From a virus (taxonomy: Duplodnaviria > Caudoviricetes): DNA of 55,745 nt. The translations under genes were made by a program, and so were the position numbers. The notes under the pieces are model-generated. The model did no database searches and was not told where the DNA came from. It worked only from the letters and a program-made list of their open reading frames with translations. Each line of letters begins with the position of its first letter. Position 1 is the first letter of the stretch. Below, one piece after another: positions 45,247 to 54,308 of the stretch. Location of the stretch: positions 1 to 55,745 of IMG/VR virus record IMGVR_UViG_3300033181_000003; one strand, written 5' to 3'.

Positions 45247-45455
45247 CCGACCTGCACGGCATCTTCGCCGAGTTCGATGACCGCATGGACAAGGCGTTTG
45301 AGTTCGAAGGCGAGCCCTGGTCAGAGCGCGCAGAGTCCATCCTCCGCTGCCCGGCGTGCGGCAGCTACAGCGCTGAGGATGAGTGCGGGCGGACCCCTTA
45401 CGGCCTGGTGTGTGGGCCGTGCGCTGAGAGCGCCTACACGGTCTCCGAGCGATGA
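45243..45455 (+). CDS. Small Zn-finger protein
   Basis: CPAC...CGPC; ATGA-coupled. Confidence 0.6.
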   Translation: MTDLHGIFAEFDDRMDKAFEFEGEPWSERAESILRCPACGSYSAEDECGRTPYGLVCGPCAESAYTVSER

Positions 45456-45679
45456 GGCTGCGCCCGCGCATGGTCGCCCTGCTCACCCCCCGCGACGACC
45501 GCTGGGCACACGCGCAGGAGCGCTCCGCACGCAACACCCTGAGCCCCCGCACGGGCCTGGTCGCGGCGTCCCCGATCCTGCCGCCTATCCGCACGAACTT
45601 TGGGCGCAGTCTGCCCGCAAATCGCCCCGGCGACGCTGACACGTCCCGGGGCACGACCCAACAGGAGGAATGTTCCTGA
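45452..45679 (+). CDS. Hypothetical protein
   Basis: ATGA-coupled. Confidence 0.4.
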   Translation: MRLRPRMVALLTPRDDRWAHAQERSARNTLSPRTGLVAASPILPPIRTNFGRSLPANRPGDADTSRGTTQQEECS

Positions 45680-46095
45680 TGAGCGCAACAGACAGTAGCC
45701 CAACCACCATCGAGGATGTCGAGGTGAAGCGCCGTGCCGAGCTGGTCGCGGGCCTCCGAGACGCGGCCGACTTCATCGAGGCCACTCCGGCGGTCCCAGC
45801 GTGTTTCTCCGGGCTGCGCTTGTGCGGGCACGCGACAAGTCGGACGGCGTTTGTCGATGCGGTCGCTGCCCTTGGCGACCCGCCCCTGGTCGAGATTGCC
45901 GGCGGAGAGTACGTGGTGGCCGAGCGCCGGTTCGGGCCGGTCACCGCCGGGGTGCAGGGGTTGACGGCCGAGATGTCCGACACCTGCCCTGAGTGCGAGG
46001 GGGGTGGTGAGGTCACGGTCAACCCGTCCTCTGACCCGCAGGAGGCTTACGAGTCGCCATGCCCGACCTGTCACGGCGATGGGGTGCAGTCATGA
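45679..46095 (+). CDS. Hypothetical protein with DnaJ-type Zn finger
   Basis: CPECEGGG...CPTCHGDG. Confidence 0.65.
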   Translation: MSATDSSPTTIEDVEVKRRAELVAGLRDAADFIEATPAVPACFSGLRLCGHATSRTAFVDAVAALGDPPLVEIAGGEYVVAERRFGPVTAGVQGLTAEMSDTCPECEGGGEVTVNPSSDPQEAYESPCPTCHGDGVQS

Positions 46096-46793
46096 GCGCC
46101 ACCGAACAGACCGAGACGTTGCTGTCGGCGCTGCTCGCCTTCCAGGCCGATGTTCCCGAGCTGCGCGAGGACGCGACCAACCCGCACTTCAACTCAAAGT
46201 TCCTGTCTTTGGCCGCCCTGAGGAAAGCTGTGCGCCCAGTCTTGACCCGCCACGGGCTGGTGTGGATCACCAAGCCCGGGCACAGCCCGGACGTCGGGCC
46301 ATGCCTCTTTTACACGCTGGCCCACGCCCCGTCCGGCGAATCCATCGAGGGCATCATGCCCCTGCTGGCGAAGGCGGGTGACCCGCAAGGGCAGGGCTCC
46401 GCGCTCACCTACGCCCGCCGCTACTCGGAGATGGCGGTGCTGGGGCTCGTCGCCGATGATGATGACGATGGCAACCGGGGGTCTGGGCGCAGCACCCAAC
46501 GCAACGGGGAGTCCCGGCCGGCCGTGTCGGCACGCCCCCCCGAGGCGACCGAGCGCACGGTCACGGCAAGGCAGCGGGGTCTCATCAACGCGCGCGCCGC
46601 AGAGAAAAGCCTGACCAAGGCCGACCTGGCCGTCATCCTCGCCGCCGTTGCCGAACACAAAGACGCCTTTGCTTCCCCGGAGGCCGCGGAGAACTGGTAC
46701 GGGCGCGCGATGGACCGACTCCCCGCCCGGCTGGTGGACCCATTGCTCCAAGCCATCAGCACGGCTGAGGCCAACGACGCGGTGCCGTTCTGA
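46092..46793 (+). CDS. ERF-family single-strand annealing protein
   Basis: NPHF.SK...L, DPQ..GSALTYARRY....LG....DDDG. Confidence 0.88.
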   Translation: MSATEQTETLLSALLAFQADVPELREDATNPHFNSKFLSLAALRKAVRPVLTRHGLVWITKPGHSPDVGPCLFYTLAHAPSGESIEGIMPLLAKAGDPQGQGSALTYARRYSEMAVLGLVADDDDDGNRGSGRSTQRNGESRPAVSARPPEATERTVTARQRGLINARAAEKSLTKADLAVILAAVAEHKDAFASPEAAENWYGRAMDRLPARLVDPLLQAISTAEANDAVPF

Positions 46794-47602
46794 TGTCCCT
46801 CGCGGAGCTCGACATCCCCACCCGGCTACCGGTGGCCAACCTGTCGGCGTCTGCGGTCAAGACCTACCTGGCGTGCCCGCTCAGATGGAAGCACCGCTAC
46901 GTCGACCGCGACTATGAGGCCCCGTCCGGTCAGATGGTCCTCGGGTCCTCGGTCGGTGCGGCTGAGGGCCACGCCTACCAGCAGCAGATCGATGACGGGG
47001 AACGTCCCGCCACCGATGTGGTGGTGGACCTGTTCGCCGATGAGTGGGAGGACCGTATCGGCCGTGAGGAGATCGACTGGCGCCAGTCAAAGCCCGGTGA
47101 GCTGAAGGATGCCGGCGTCCAGGCGGTCACCGCCTACGACCTGCTCGTGGTCCCCGGTGTGGACCCGGTCAGTGTGGAGCGTGAGTTCCTCCTGAGCTTC
47201 GACGGGGTGGAGTGGGGCTTCACCGGCTTCTATGACCTTGAGGAGGCTGATGGTGCGGTCTCAGACCTGAAGGTCAAGGCCCGCAAGCTGTCCGTGGTCG
47301 ACGCGGCAACCGACATTCAGCCGACCGCGTACCTGCTCGCCCGCCGTGCCGAGGGCAACCCCGCCCCGGTGTTTCGCTACCACACGATGATCCGCACCAA
47401 GCAGCCCTACGCGGAGGTTGTGCCGACCGTCCGCACCGATGGTCAGTTGGACGCTTTCACCGACCGGCTGATGATGGTGGCGGCGGAAATCAACTGGCGC
47501 CTGGAGATGGATGTGTGGCAGGGCGCGGTTCCGGGGTCTTGGATCTGTAGCGCGAACTTTTGCGGATATCACGCCACCTGTCGGTTCGGGGGTGCGCGGT
47601 GA
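46793..47602 (+). CDS. PD-(D/E)XK RecB-like exonuclease
   Basis: LSAS....Y..CP, VE..F, G..DL......DLK, Q..AY, C-terminal C....C.Y...C. Confidence 0.85.
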   Translation: MSLAELDIPTRLPVANLSASAVKTYLACPLRWKHRYVDRDYEAPSGQMVLGSSVGAAEGHAYQQQIDDGERPATDVVVDLFADEWEDRIGREEIDWRQSKPGELKDAGVQAVTAYDLLVVPGVDPVSVEREFLLSFDGVEWGFTGFYDLEEADGAVSDLKVKARKLSVVDAATDIQPTAYLLARRAEGNPAPVFRYHTMIRTKQPYAEVVPTVRTDGQLDAFTDRLMMVAAEINWRLEMDVWQGAVPGSWICSANFCGYHATCRFGGAR

Positions 47603-47997
47603 GCGATTCGCCCTACACGTTCGGCCAAGCCCGCGAGAAGGTCCGAGAGGCCACCCGCCGGCAGGAGGCAGCCGAGCAGTTCCGTGTCGACGTCACCAAG
47701 GATTGGGCCGAGAAGGAGCGCGCCTACCGAATCGCACTCGCCCGCCGGATTGTGGAGGTTCACGCGGAGGGGGCGGCGTGGACGGTCGCCCCAGACCTTG
47801 CCCGTGGTGACCGTGCCGTGGCCGACCTCCGCTATGCCCGGGATGTGGCGGCCGGGGTGAAGGACGCGGCGGAGTCCGCGATGTGGCGGCACACGGCTGA
47901 CCGGCGTGACCTTGGGCGGATGGTGGACTGGTCCTGCCGGCGGGAGCTTGCAGAGGACCCGCCGCAGCCACGGTGGAGCGGGCGGCAGGCGGCATGA
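47599..47997 (+). CDS. Hypothetical helical protein
   Basis: GTGA- and ATGA-coupled. Confidence 0.65.
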   Translation: MSDSPYTFGQAREKVREATRRQEAAEQFRVDVTKDWAEKERAYRIALARRIVEVHAEGAAWTVAPDLARGDRAVADLRYARDVAAGVKDAAESAMWRHTADRRDLGRMVDWSCRRELAEDPPQPRWSGRQAA

Positions 47998-48578
47998 GGG
48001 GCCGCACCGTCAAGTCCCCAGAGCTGGTCGCCGAGGCCCGGCGCCTGCGTGCAGGTGGGATGTTCGGCCGGGAGATCGCCGCGGAGCTCGGGGTGGCCCG
48101 CAGCACCGTCTATGAGTGGCTGACTGACCCGGACAGGTCCCAGGCGGAGGCCCGCCGCGATCGCTACCGCGGTGTGTGCGAGGAGTGCGGAGGGCCGACC
48201 GATGGGAGCGCTGGCCTTGGCCGCGCGCCAAAGGTGTGCGTCACCTGCCTGGGCTGGACGGGTGAGGAGATCATTGCGGCGGTCAGACGGTGGGCCGATG
48301 AGCACGGAAGTCCCCCAACCGCCACCGAGTGGAACACTGCACAGCCCGGCTACCCGTCCGCGTCGACGGTGGTCAACCGTCTCGGATGGAATGAGGCACT
48401 CCTCGCCGCCGGGCTGCCCTTGCGCTGGGACCGGCGCCCCGAAACCCGGCAGGCGATCGAGCGGGCGGCGGTCGCCGGGGAGCCCCTCGCTGACATAGCC
48501 GCACGCCACGGAATGACCGTGGCCAACATCCGCACGCGCCTGCGTTATCACGGTGTGAGTGCGAGGCCAGCGGCATGA
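47994..48578 (+). CDS. HTH/Zn-ribbon DNA-binding protein
   Basis: EIAAELGVARSTVYEWL; two CxxC; W..E.II.A...W....G.PP...W repeat. Confidence 0.7.
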   Translation: MRGRTVKSPELVAEARRLRAGGMFGREIAAELGVARSTVYEWLTDPDRSQAEARRDRYRGVCEECGGPTDGSAGLGRAPKVCVTCLGWTGEEIIAAVRRWADEHGSPPTATEWNTAQPGYPSASTVVNRLGWNEALLAAGLPLRWDRRPETRQAIERAAVAGEPLADIAARHGMTVANIRTRLRYHGVSARPAA

Positions 48579-48910
48579 CGCAGACCGAGCGGGTCCTCGC
48601 CGCACTCAAGGCTGTCGGCCCACGCGGGGTGACGGGCTATGACTTCTCCGGCCCTGTTGTTATTGACGGTGGCCACCGGGTGATGCGGGTCGCGGCGAGG
48701 GTGTTGGAGCTCCGCGAGCAGGGCCACCGGGTTGCGAGTGCCGGCTGGCGCGACGGTCACCGGGTGTATCGCCTTGAGTCCGGGGTTGAGGTCGCCCCTG
48801 CCCCTGTGGACCTTCCCCTGTCGGGGTCTGGTGTGGGCGGGGGCGACCTGAGTCCCGGGCAACTGTTCGACACGCCGGCGGCCCCGCTTGAGCACTGGGA
48901 GGCGGCGTGA
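48575..48910 (+). CDS. Winged-HTH protein
   Basis: TQ.ERVL.AL...G..G.T...R.AAR..ELR..G. Confidence 0.65.
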   Translation: MTQTERVLAALKAVGPRGVTGYDFSGPVVIDGGHRVMRVAARVLELREQGHRVASAGWRDGHRVYRLESGVEVAPAPVDLPLSGSGVGGGDLSPGQLFDTPAAPLEHWEAA

Positions 48911-49227
48911 GCGACACCGACTGGAGGCGGGTTCACGCCAACGGGGCCGAGAAGGCAATCAGGCATCCGCTGGTCGCCTACGTTATGGACGAGCTGGCCG
49001 ACAATCTCGGCGTCAAAGGCCAGGCGCTCCCTGGGTACGGCATCGCCAAGGTGGCTAACTACGCCGCCCAGGTGGCCCGTGCCCAGGCGCTCGGATTCGA
49101 CCCCGAGCTACTGCGGATGAGCGACGAGGAAGCGGACGCGCAGGGGCTCGCCCTGGCCCGCTCAGCGGTCGCCGCCGGCAAACCCGTTTGGGCGATTCGC
49201 GGCGATGACGTCCAACGGCTCGATTGA
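48907..49227 (+). CDS. Hypothetical protein
   Basis: GTGA-coupled. Confidence 0.6.
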   Translation: MSDTDWRRVHANGAEKAIRHPLVAYVMDELADNLGVKGQALPGYGIAKVANYAAQVARAQALGFDPELLRMSDEEADAQGLALARSAVAAGKPVWAIRGDDVQRLD

Positions 49228-49408
49228 GACCAAGATCGTGACGCCTCCAGCCCAAAGCACTCGCCATCCGGCACCCCTCTTCAGCGTGGGCTCCCGCTGC
49301 CTCCGATGCGACCTACGCCTCCCCTTAGCGCATGTGGGTGTGTGCCCGGAGTGCGAAGGGCCGGTGCTGAAGGCCCACGTCTATCCGCCGGGGGTGAGGG
49401 CGGGGTGA
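49205..49408 (+). CDS. Small Zn-ribbon protein
   Basis: CLRC...CPEC. Confidence 0.5.
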   Translation: MTSNGSIETKIVTPPAQSTRHPAPLFSVGSRCLRCDLRLPLAHVGVCPECEGPVLKAHVYPPGVRAG

Positions 49409-49686
49409 GCGCGACGCGCAAGGCGACAGAAAAACAGGCTCGGCTCCTGCGGGTACTCGCCGGCGGCAGCATCGTCCTGGTCCCCATGCGCCGTGGGTGG
49501 ATGCCGATAGTTCGCCGCGGGTGGGTGGAGACCACCAAGGGTGAGCACATCGCACCCGACGGTAAGCCCCACGGCCGGTACCTGCCCCCGCTGCGGATCA
49601 CCCCGGACGGGTTGCGCGCGCTCGCGGATGCGACCGAAGCCGGGACAATTGAGCCGGTCTCCATCAAGGGACCGGAGGCGTCGTGA
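49405..49686 (+). CDS. Hypothetical (wHTH-like) protein
   Basis: GTGA-coupled; RIT.DG..AL motif. Confidence 0.55.
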   Translation: MSATRKATEKQARLLRVLAGGSIVLVPMRRGWMPIVRRGWVETTKGEHIAPDGKPHGRYLPPLRITPDGLRALADATEAGTIEPVSIKGPEAS

Positions 49687-50129
49687 ATTCCATCGCCCTC
49701 ACGGTCCCCGGTCCACCAAAAGGCAAGGGGAGGCCGCGCTCCACCCGTCAGGGCCGGGTCTACACGCCCGCTGACACCGTGAGCGCGGAGCAGCGCATCC
49801 AGGGGGAGTGGATAGCCGCCGGCCGCCCACGACTCCCGGACGGCCCGATCAGCATGGACGTCACAGCATGCATGTCCCGCCCGCAGGCGCACTGGCGGGG
49901 GCTTGGCGCCATGTCGGCGCAGGGTCGAAGTCAGCGCTACCCGCTCAAGACACCAGACGTCGACAATCTCCTCAAACTCGCTGCCGATGCTCTCAGCGGG
50001 CTGGCCTACAGCGACGATCGGTTGATCGTTCAGGCATCGGTCACCCGCCAGTGGGCGCTCGCCGGACAGCTCGAGCACACCCGCATAGTCCTCTACTCAC
50101 TGGCCGGACAGATGACGGTGGCGGCGTGA
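49683..50129 (+). CDS. rusA: RusA-family Holliday junction resolvase
   Basis: VPG.P..K.RPR...YTP..T; PDVDNLLK...DAL.G.AY.DD..I. Confidence 0.9.
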   Translation: MNSIALTVPGPPKGKGRPRSTRQGRVYTPADTVSAEQRIQGEWIAAGRPRLPDGPISMDVTACMSRPQAHWRGLGAMSAQGRSQRYPLKTPDVDNLLKLAADALSGLAYSDDRLIVQASVTRQWALAGQLEHTRIVLYSLAGQMTVAA

Positions 50130-50992
50130 GTCGCCGTGTGTGGTTCGCCCGTGACTGCCAGCTCACCGCTGACCCGCGCATCGCGGCCATCGGGGATGAG
50201 CACGGCCCCGGCGGCGTCCTCGTTGTTGAGGAGATATTCGCCCTGGCGAAGCTCGCGGATGACGGCGGAAATGTCACGGTTGGTCACGCTACGCTCGCCC
50301 GGCGGGCGTGGGTGACCACGGTGGAGGCGCAGGCAATCGTGGCCACAGCGGTGGATGAGGGGATCATCGAGATCACGTCTGGGGGTGACCGGCGGGTGAC
50401 CATGCGGGTGCTCAAGCACCGCAAGTGGAATCCCAATGATCCCACGGCATCCGAGCGAAAGGCACGTCAACGTCACGGGGAAAGTCACGGCCGCGAGCGT
50501 GACATCGAGCGTGACAACAGCGTGACCAAGCCGGGACAAGGGCGTGACTCGGTCACGGTCCCGTCACGCCCTCTCGCGCGCGCCCCGCGAACACCGACAC
50601 CAACACCTACAGAAGAAGGTAAACCTTCTTCCTCCGAGATTGAGAAACCACGCCCTGAGGTCGAGGGGCTTTGCCAGCATCTCGCCGACCTCATCATCGC
50701 CAACGGTGCCCGGCGCAGCCAGACGGTGGTGACCGACGTGTGGCGTCGTGAGTGCCGGCTGCTGCTGGACCGGGACGGGGTGGCACCGGACCGGGTGAGG
50801 GCGGTCATCGAGTGGTGCCAGGCCGACGAGTTCTGGCGGTCCAACGTCCTCTCGATGCCAAAGCTGCGGGAGAAGTTCGATCAGCTCTCAGCGAAGGAGC
50901 AGGCGACCCGGCCTAAGGCACGGCCGGCGCGGAGGATGCACCCGGTAACCACCGAGGAGCTCAGGCAACTCAACGAAAGGAAGACGGCATGA
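50126..50992 (+). CDS. Putative replication initiator
   Basis: N-terminal W......DP.I wHTH; C-terminal W....RLLL..DG.....I.W...D.FW..NVLS..KLR.KFDQL. Confidence 0.75.
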   Translation: MSRRVWFARDCQLTADPRIAAIGDEHGPGGVLVVEEIFALAKLADDGGNVTVGHATLARRAWVTTVEAQAIVATAVDEGIIEITSGGDRRVTMRVLKHRKWNPNDPTASERKARQRHGESHGRERDIERDNSVTKPGQGRDSVTVPSRPLARAPRTPTPTPTEEGKPSSSEIEKPRPEVEGLCQHLADLIIANGARRSQTVVTDVWRRECRLLLDRDGVAPDRVRAVIEWCQADEFWRSNVLSMPKLREKFDQLSAKEQATRPKARPARRMHPVTTEELRQLNERKTA

Positions 50993-51861
50993 ACTACGAA
51001 CTCAAGAAGGGCGCCCACGCGACCGCTGAGGATGGAATGTGCGCCGCAGAGGCGGTGAGTTACCTGGCGGGCGAGCCGCACTCCGCCAACCCGCAATGTG
51101 CGTGCCCCGTGCTCACCGCGTTCTACATTGGCTTCAACGATGGGTTGCCCTTCGAGCCACGGCAGCGCCTGCGCCCGTTCTTCGCTCGGACCCTCGGAAC
51201 CCGTGGTGATGGGATGACCGAGCAGAGGTCGTGGATGGCGATGGACTGGCTCATCCGGGTCTACACCCCGACGTGGCTGAGTCTCGCCGGCCTGGATGCT
51301 GACGCGGACCGTCTGCGTGCTTTGCCACCGGTACTCGCCGCGGAGAACCTGAGTCGTGCGATGGGTGACCTGGGCCAGGCGCGAGCGTCAGTGAGCGCCG
51401 CATGGGCCGCCGCATGGGCCGCCGCAGGGGACGCCGCAGGGGCCGCCGCAGGGGCCGCCGCACGGGCCGCCGCAGGGGCCGCCGCATGGGCCGCCGCAGG
51501 GGCCGCCGCAGGGGCCGCCGCATGGGCCGCCGCAGGGGCCGCCGCATGGGCCGCCGCAGGGGACGCCGCAGGGGACGCCGCATGGGCCGCCGCAGGGGAC
51601 GCCGCAGGGGCCGCCGCATGGGCCGCCGCAGGGGCCGCCGCAGGGGCCGCCGCAGGGGACGCCGCATGGGACGCCGCAGGGGACGCCGCAGGGGACGCCG
51701 CACGGGACGCCGCAGGGGACGCCGCATGGGACGCCCTCGCGCCCACAGTCACCGAGCTTCAGGAGTCCGCGTTCGCGCTCCTGGACCGGATGCTGCCCGA
51801 GGTGCCCTTGATGGCGCCAGTGGCCGAGGATGCCGACCTGGTGCTCGGGGTCGCGGCGTGA
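50989..51861 (+). CDS. Phage protein with Ala-rich AAW/AAG/DAA tetrapeptide repeats
   Basis: GAH......CA.EAV...AGE.HS..P.C.CPV...F....ND N-terminal domain followed by repeats. Confidence 0.8.
   Translation: MNYELKKGAHATAEDGMCAAEAVSYLAGEPHSANPQCACPVLTAFYIGFNDGLPFEPRQRLRPFFARTLGTRGDGMTEQRSWMAMDWLIRVYTPTWLSLAGLDADADRLRALPPVLAAENLSRAMGDLGQARASVSAAWAAAWAAAGDAAGAAAGAAARAAAGAAAWAAAGAAAGAAAWAAAGAAAWAAAGDAAGDAAWAAAGDAAGAAAWAAAGAAAGAAAGDAAWDAAGDAAGDAARDAAGDAAWDALAPTVTELQESAFALLDRMLPEVPLMAPVAEDADLVLGVAA
51397..51735 (+). repeat. 12-bp tandem repeat array (about 28 units)
   Basis: GCCGCA(T/G/C)GGG(C/A)C units. Confidence 0.9.
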
Positions 51862-52052
51862 GCGAACCTGCCGTCATCCCGGAGGCGGCCGTGGAGGCGG
51901 CCGCGAAGGCGCTGGTCTGGGAGCGTGATCAGGGCTGCCTGGCGTGGGATGACGCTGACTACTGCACGCAGGGTCTCGCTCTCAAGCATGCCCGTGCGGC
52001 GTTGGAAGCAGCCTTTGAGGTCCTTACCCGTGAGCCGGAGGGAGGCCAGTGA
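51858..52052 (+). CDS. Hypothetical protein
   Basis: EAAVEAAAKAL...ARAALEAA; GTGA-coupled. Confidence 0.6.
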   Translation: MSEPAVIPEAAVEAAAKALVWERDQGCLAWDDADYCTQGLALKHARAALEAAFEVLTREPEGGQ

Positions 52053-52348
52053 ACCACCAGCCCCTCGATGCCCTCGCCGTGGCGAATGAGGCCCGGCTGG
52101 CGCAGGTCGCGGTGCGGCGTGCGGTCACCTCCGGGGACCTGGGGCTCGCCGACGCGCTGACTCACCCGGATGCCCAGCGGATGACCGTGGTTCGCTTGTT
52201 GTGCGCTCAGCGTGGGTGGGGGCACGTCAGGGCGTCGAAGGCGCTATCGGAGGTCGGGGTGTCTCAGTCGCGGCGGGTGGGGGAGCTGACTGACCGCCAG
52301 CGGCAGGTGTTGGCCGACCACGTTGAGAGGGCGAGGGGGGCGGCATGA
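52049..52348 (+). CDS. Actinobacterial IHF (mIHF/sIHF, H2TH)-like DNA-bending protein
   Basis: AL..AN.AR......G.......M.V..LL....G.G.VRA.K.L...G.S..RRVG.L..RQR..L. Confidence 0.75.
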   Translation: MNHQPLDALAVANEARLAQVAVRRAVTSGDLGLADALTHPDAQRMTVVRLLCAQRGWGHVRASKALSEVGVSQSRRVGELTDRQRQVLADHVERARGAA

Positions 52349-52791
52349 GCTTGGCGGTGATTCTTGTGGACGATTTCGACGGCTACATCGAGACGTACGC
52401 CTGGGTGGAGGTCATTGAGGGGGAGACCGACACCCAGGAGAAGGCACTCGCTTGCCTAGAAGCGGAGTATCCGATTGCCGAGTGGCGGCCTGGCACGGCA
52501 ACCTACAAAGTGACGGGCTGCGTCTTCCAGAGGCTTTCGGGATACGCAGTGCCCGGCGACGATGACGTGAGGTCAGAGCGTCCGCTGGCTGACTATTCGG
52601 ACCCGTGCCGCGACTGCGAAGGCCGAGGTCACCAAGCGGATGATGACCGCTGCGAGGGCTGCAGGGGCACCGGCCTGGAGATTGACTGGCTCGACTGGCT
52701 CTATCAGGACGAGTTTCAACCCTGGGAGACCTGTGCCGCAGACGACCCCGAGGGTCGACCGTTCTGGAAAGTCGAGGTCGTCGAGCGATGA
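52345..52791 (+). CDS. Hypothetical protein with CxxCxGxG Zn finger
   Basis: CRDCEGRG...CEGCRGTG. Confidence 0.6.
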   Translation: MSLAVILVDDFDGYIETYAWVEVIEGETDTQEKALACLEAEYPIAEWRPGTATYKVTGCVFQRLSGYAVPGDDDVRSERPLADYSDPCRDCEGRGHQADDDRCEGCRGTGLEIDWLDWLYQDEFQPWETCAADDPEGRPFWKVEVVER

Positions 52792-53279
52792 CCCAACCAG
52801 CCCCGCGCCCGGCGGACTTCATCCTGACTCGTCGTCATGGCCTGTCATCCGCCCTTATCGCCCTTGGGCAACGCCGCCGGTACCCGAGGTCGTCGTGTGC
52901 CCGGTGGTCCCATGCCGGAATATTGACCGGCCGGGGGACCGTCGTGGAAGCCCTAACCCGTGGGGTGGTGGAAACCCCGCTGGCCGCCTACCAGGACATC
53001 GAGCACGTGGTGGTCCGGGTGGACGCGACCCCGGAGCAACGGAGCCTGGCGGTCGCGTTTGCTGACCATGCTGTGGGGCGAAGGTACGGGTGGGTGGAGA
53101 TTGCCTCCCTGGTCGTGTCGTTGCTGACGGGCACCGGGCTGTCGGTGAACGTGGACAATCAGATGGTGTGCTCCGGGTTGGTCGCTGAGTGTTTGTGTCG
53201 GACGGCGGCGATTTTCCCTCGGGAGCCGTCGCGGATGTTGCCGGCGGATTTGGCGGCGTTCTACGAGGTCACCGGGTGA
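52788..53279 (+). CDS. Permuted NlpC/P60 (YiiX/YebB-like) enzyme
   Basis: WSHAGI....VVEA...GV precedes VCSGLVA. Confidence 0.8.
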   Translation: MTQPAPRPADFILTRRHGLSSALIALGQRRRYPRSSCARWSHAGILTGRGTVVEALTRGVVETPLAAYQDIEHVVVRVDATPEQRSLAVAFADHAVGRRYGWVEIASLVVSLLTGTGLSVNVDNQMVCSGLVAECLCRTAAIFPREPSRMLPADLAAFYEVTG

Positions 53280-53863
53280 GCCGGTACCGAACGATCTGCG
53301 CTGACCCGCCGTGGGAGCAGCCGGATAGCGGCAGGCGCACTAGATCGACGGCAGGTAACTGGACCGGCAAGTGGCTCGGTTATGAGTCAAAAGTGCCCTA
53401 CGACCGCATGACTCTCGATGCGATCAGGGCGCTACCGGTGCGGGCGCTCGCGGAGGACGATGCGCACCTGTATCTCTGGACGACCAACCGCTTTTTGCGC
53501 GACGCCTATGAGGTGGTTGAAGCGTGGGGATTCAAGCCTTCGACGCTCCTGACTTGGTGCAAGGCGCCGATGGGGATAGGTCTCGGTGGTGCGTACACCA
53601 TCACCACGGAGTTCGTCATTTTCGCCCGGCGGGGGTCGCTGAAGCCCCTGCGGCGTTTGGACACGACGTGGTGGCGATTCAAGCGCCCTTACGGCGAGAA
53701 CGGTGGTCCCGCGCACTCGCGTAAGCCCGACGGTTTCCTCGATGTGGTCGAGCAGGTGTCGCCGGGCCCGTACGTGGAGCTGTTCGCTCGCCGTGCCCGG
53801 TTCGGCTGGGACTACTGGGGTGACGAGTCTTTGGGCACCGCTGACCTTGGGAGCGCGGCGTGA
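53276..53863 (+). CDS. MT-A70 family adenine methyltransferase
   Basis: Y.TI.ADPPW, LYLW.TN, WGF, TW.K, HS.KP, ELFAR. Confidence 0.9.
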   Translation: MSRYRTICADPPWEQPDSGRRTRSTAGNWTGKWLGYESKVPYDRMTLDAIRALPVRALAEDDAHLYLWTTNRFLRDAYEVVEAWGFKPSTLLTWCKAPMGIGLGGAYTITTEFVIFARRGSLKPLRRLDTTWWRFKRPYGENGGPAHSRKPDGFLDVVEQVSPGPYVELFARRARFGWDYWGDESLGTADLGSAA

Positions 53864-54084
53864 GCGGGTTGCGGTTATCGCTTCGTGGGCGGCTCATTCT
53901 CGAGCGCGGGCCGGCTGAGCTAAAGCTCTGCACACTCTGTGGAGGCGCGTTCCCGCGGCATGAGCTGGCCCGCCGTGGTTACCGGCCGGGACACTCGATG
54001 TGCCCGGAGTGCCTGCAGAACGACCCGGTGGAGATCGTGGATGCCATCGAATACGCACAGCGTGACCGGTATCCCTCAGGATGA
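53860..54084 (+). CDS. Small Zn-finger protein
   Basis: CTLC...CPEC. Confidence 0.55.
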   Translation: MSGLRLSLRGRLILERGPAELKLCTLCGGAFPRHELARRGYRPGHSMCPECLQNDPVEIVDAIEYAQRDRYPSG

Positions 54085-54308
54085 GCCGTCCCGTCCCGCG
54101 TGTGGCGTTGACCCGACCCGATCCGGCAGGTGACCAGCCGTTCACTCTCACCCCAGCAGCTCGCGCCGGCCTAGAGGCCGCCTGGATTCGCATCCTCAAC
54201 GAGCGTCATCCCGGCCTCCGGTTCCGCGTCGTGCGAGAGGATCGTGACGCGCTCACCGACCGGCCCACGGCCACGACGGACAACGACCGCCGAGAAAGCG
54301 CCGCGTAA
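54081..54308 (+). CDS. Small protein overlapping the integrase 3' end; recombination directionality factor candidate
   Basis: ATGA-coupled last gene of the early operon, convergent with and overlapping the integrase. Confidence 0.45.
   Translation: MSRPVPRVALTRPDPAGDQPFTLTPAARAGLEAAWIRILNERHPGLRFRVVREDRDALTDRPTATTDNDRRESAA

Noticed and set aside
51251-51857. Arg-rich ORFs (MGRRRGRR..., MRRPLRRP...)
   Set aside because: Alternative-frame and antisense shadows of the 12-bp repeat; the Ala-rich frame has the RBS and flanking domains.
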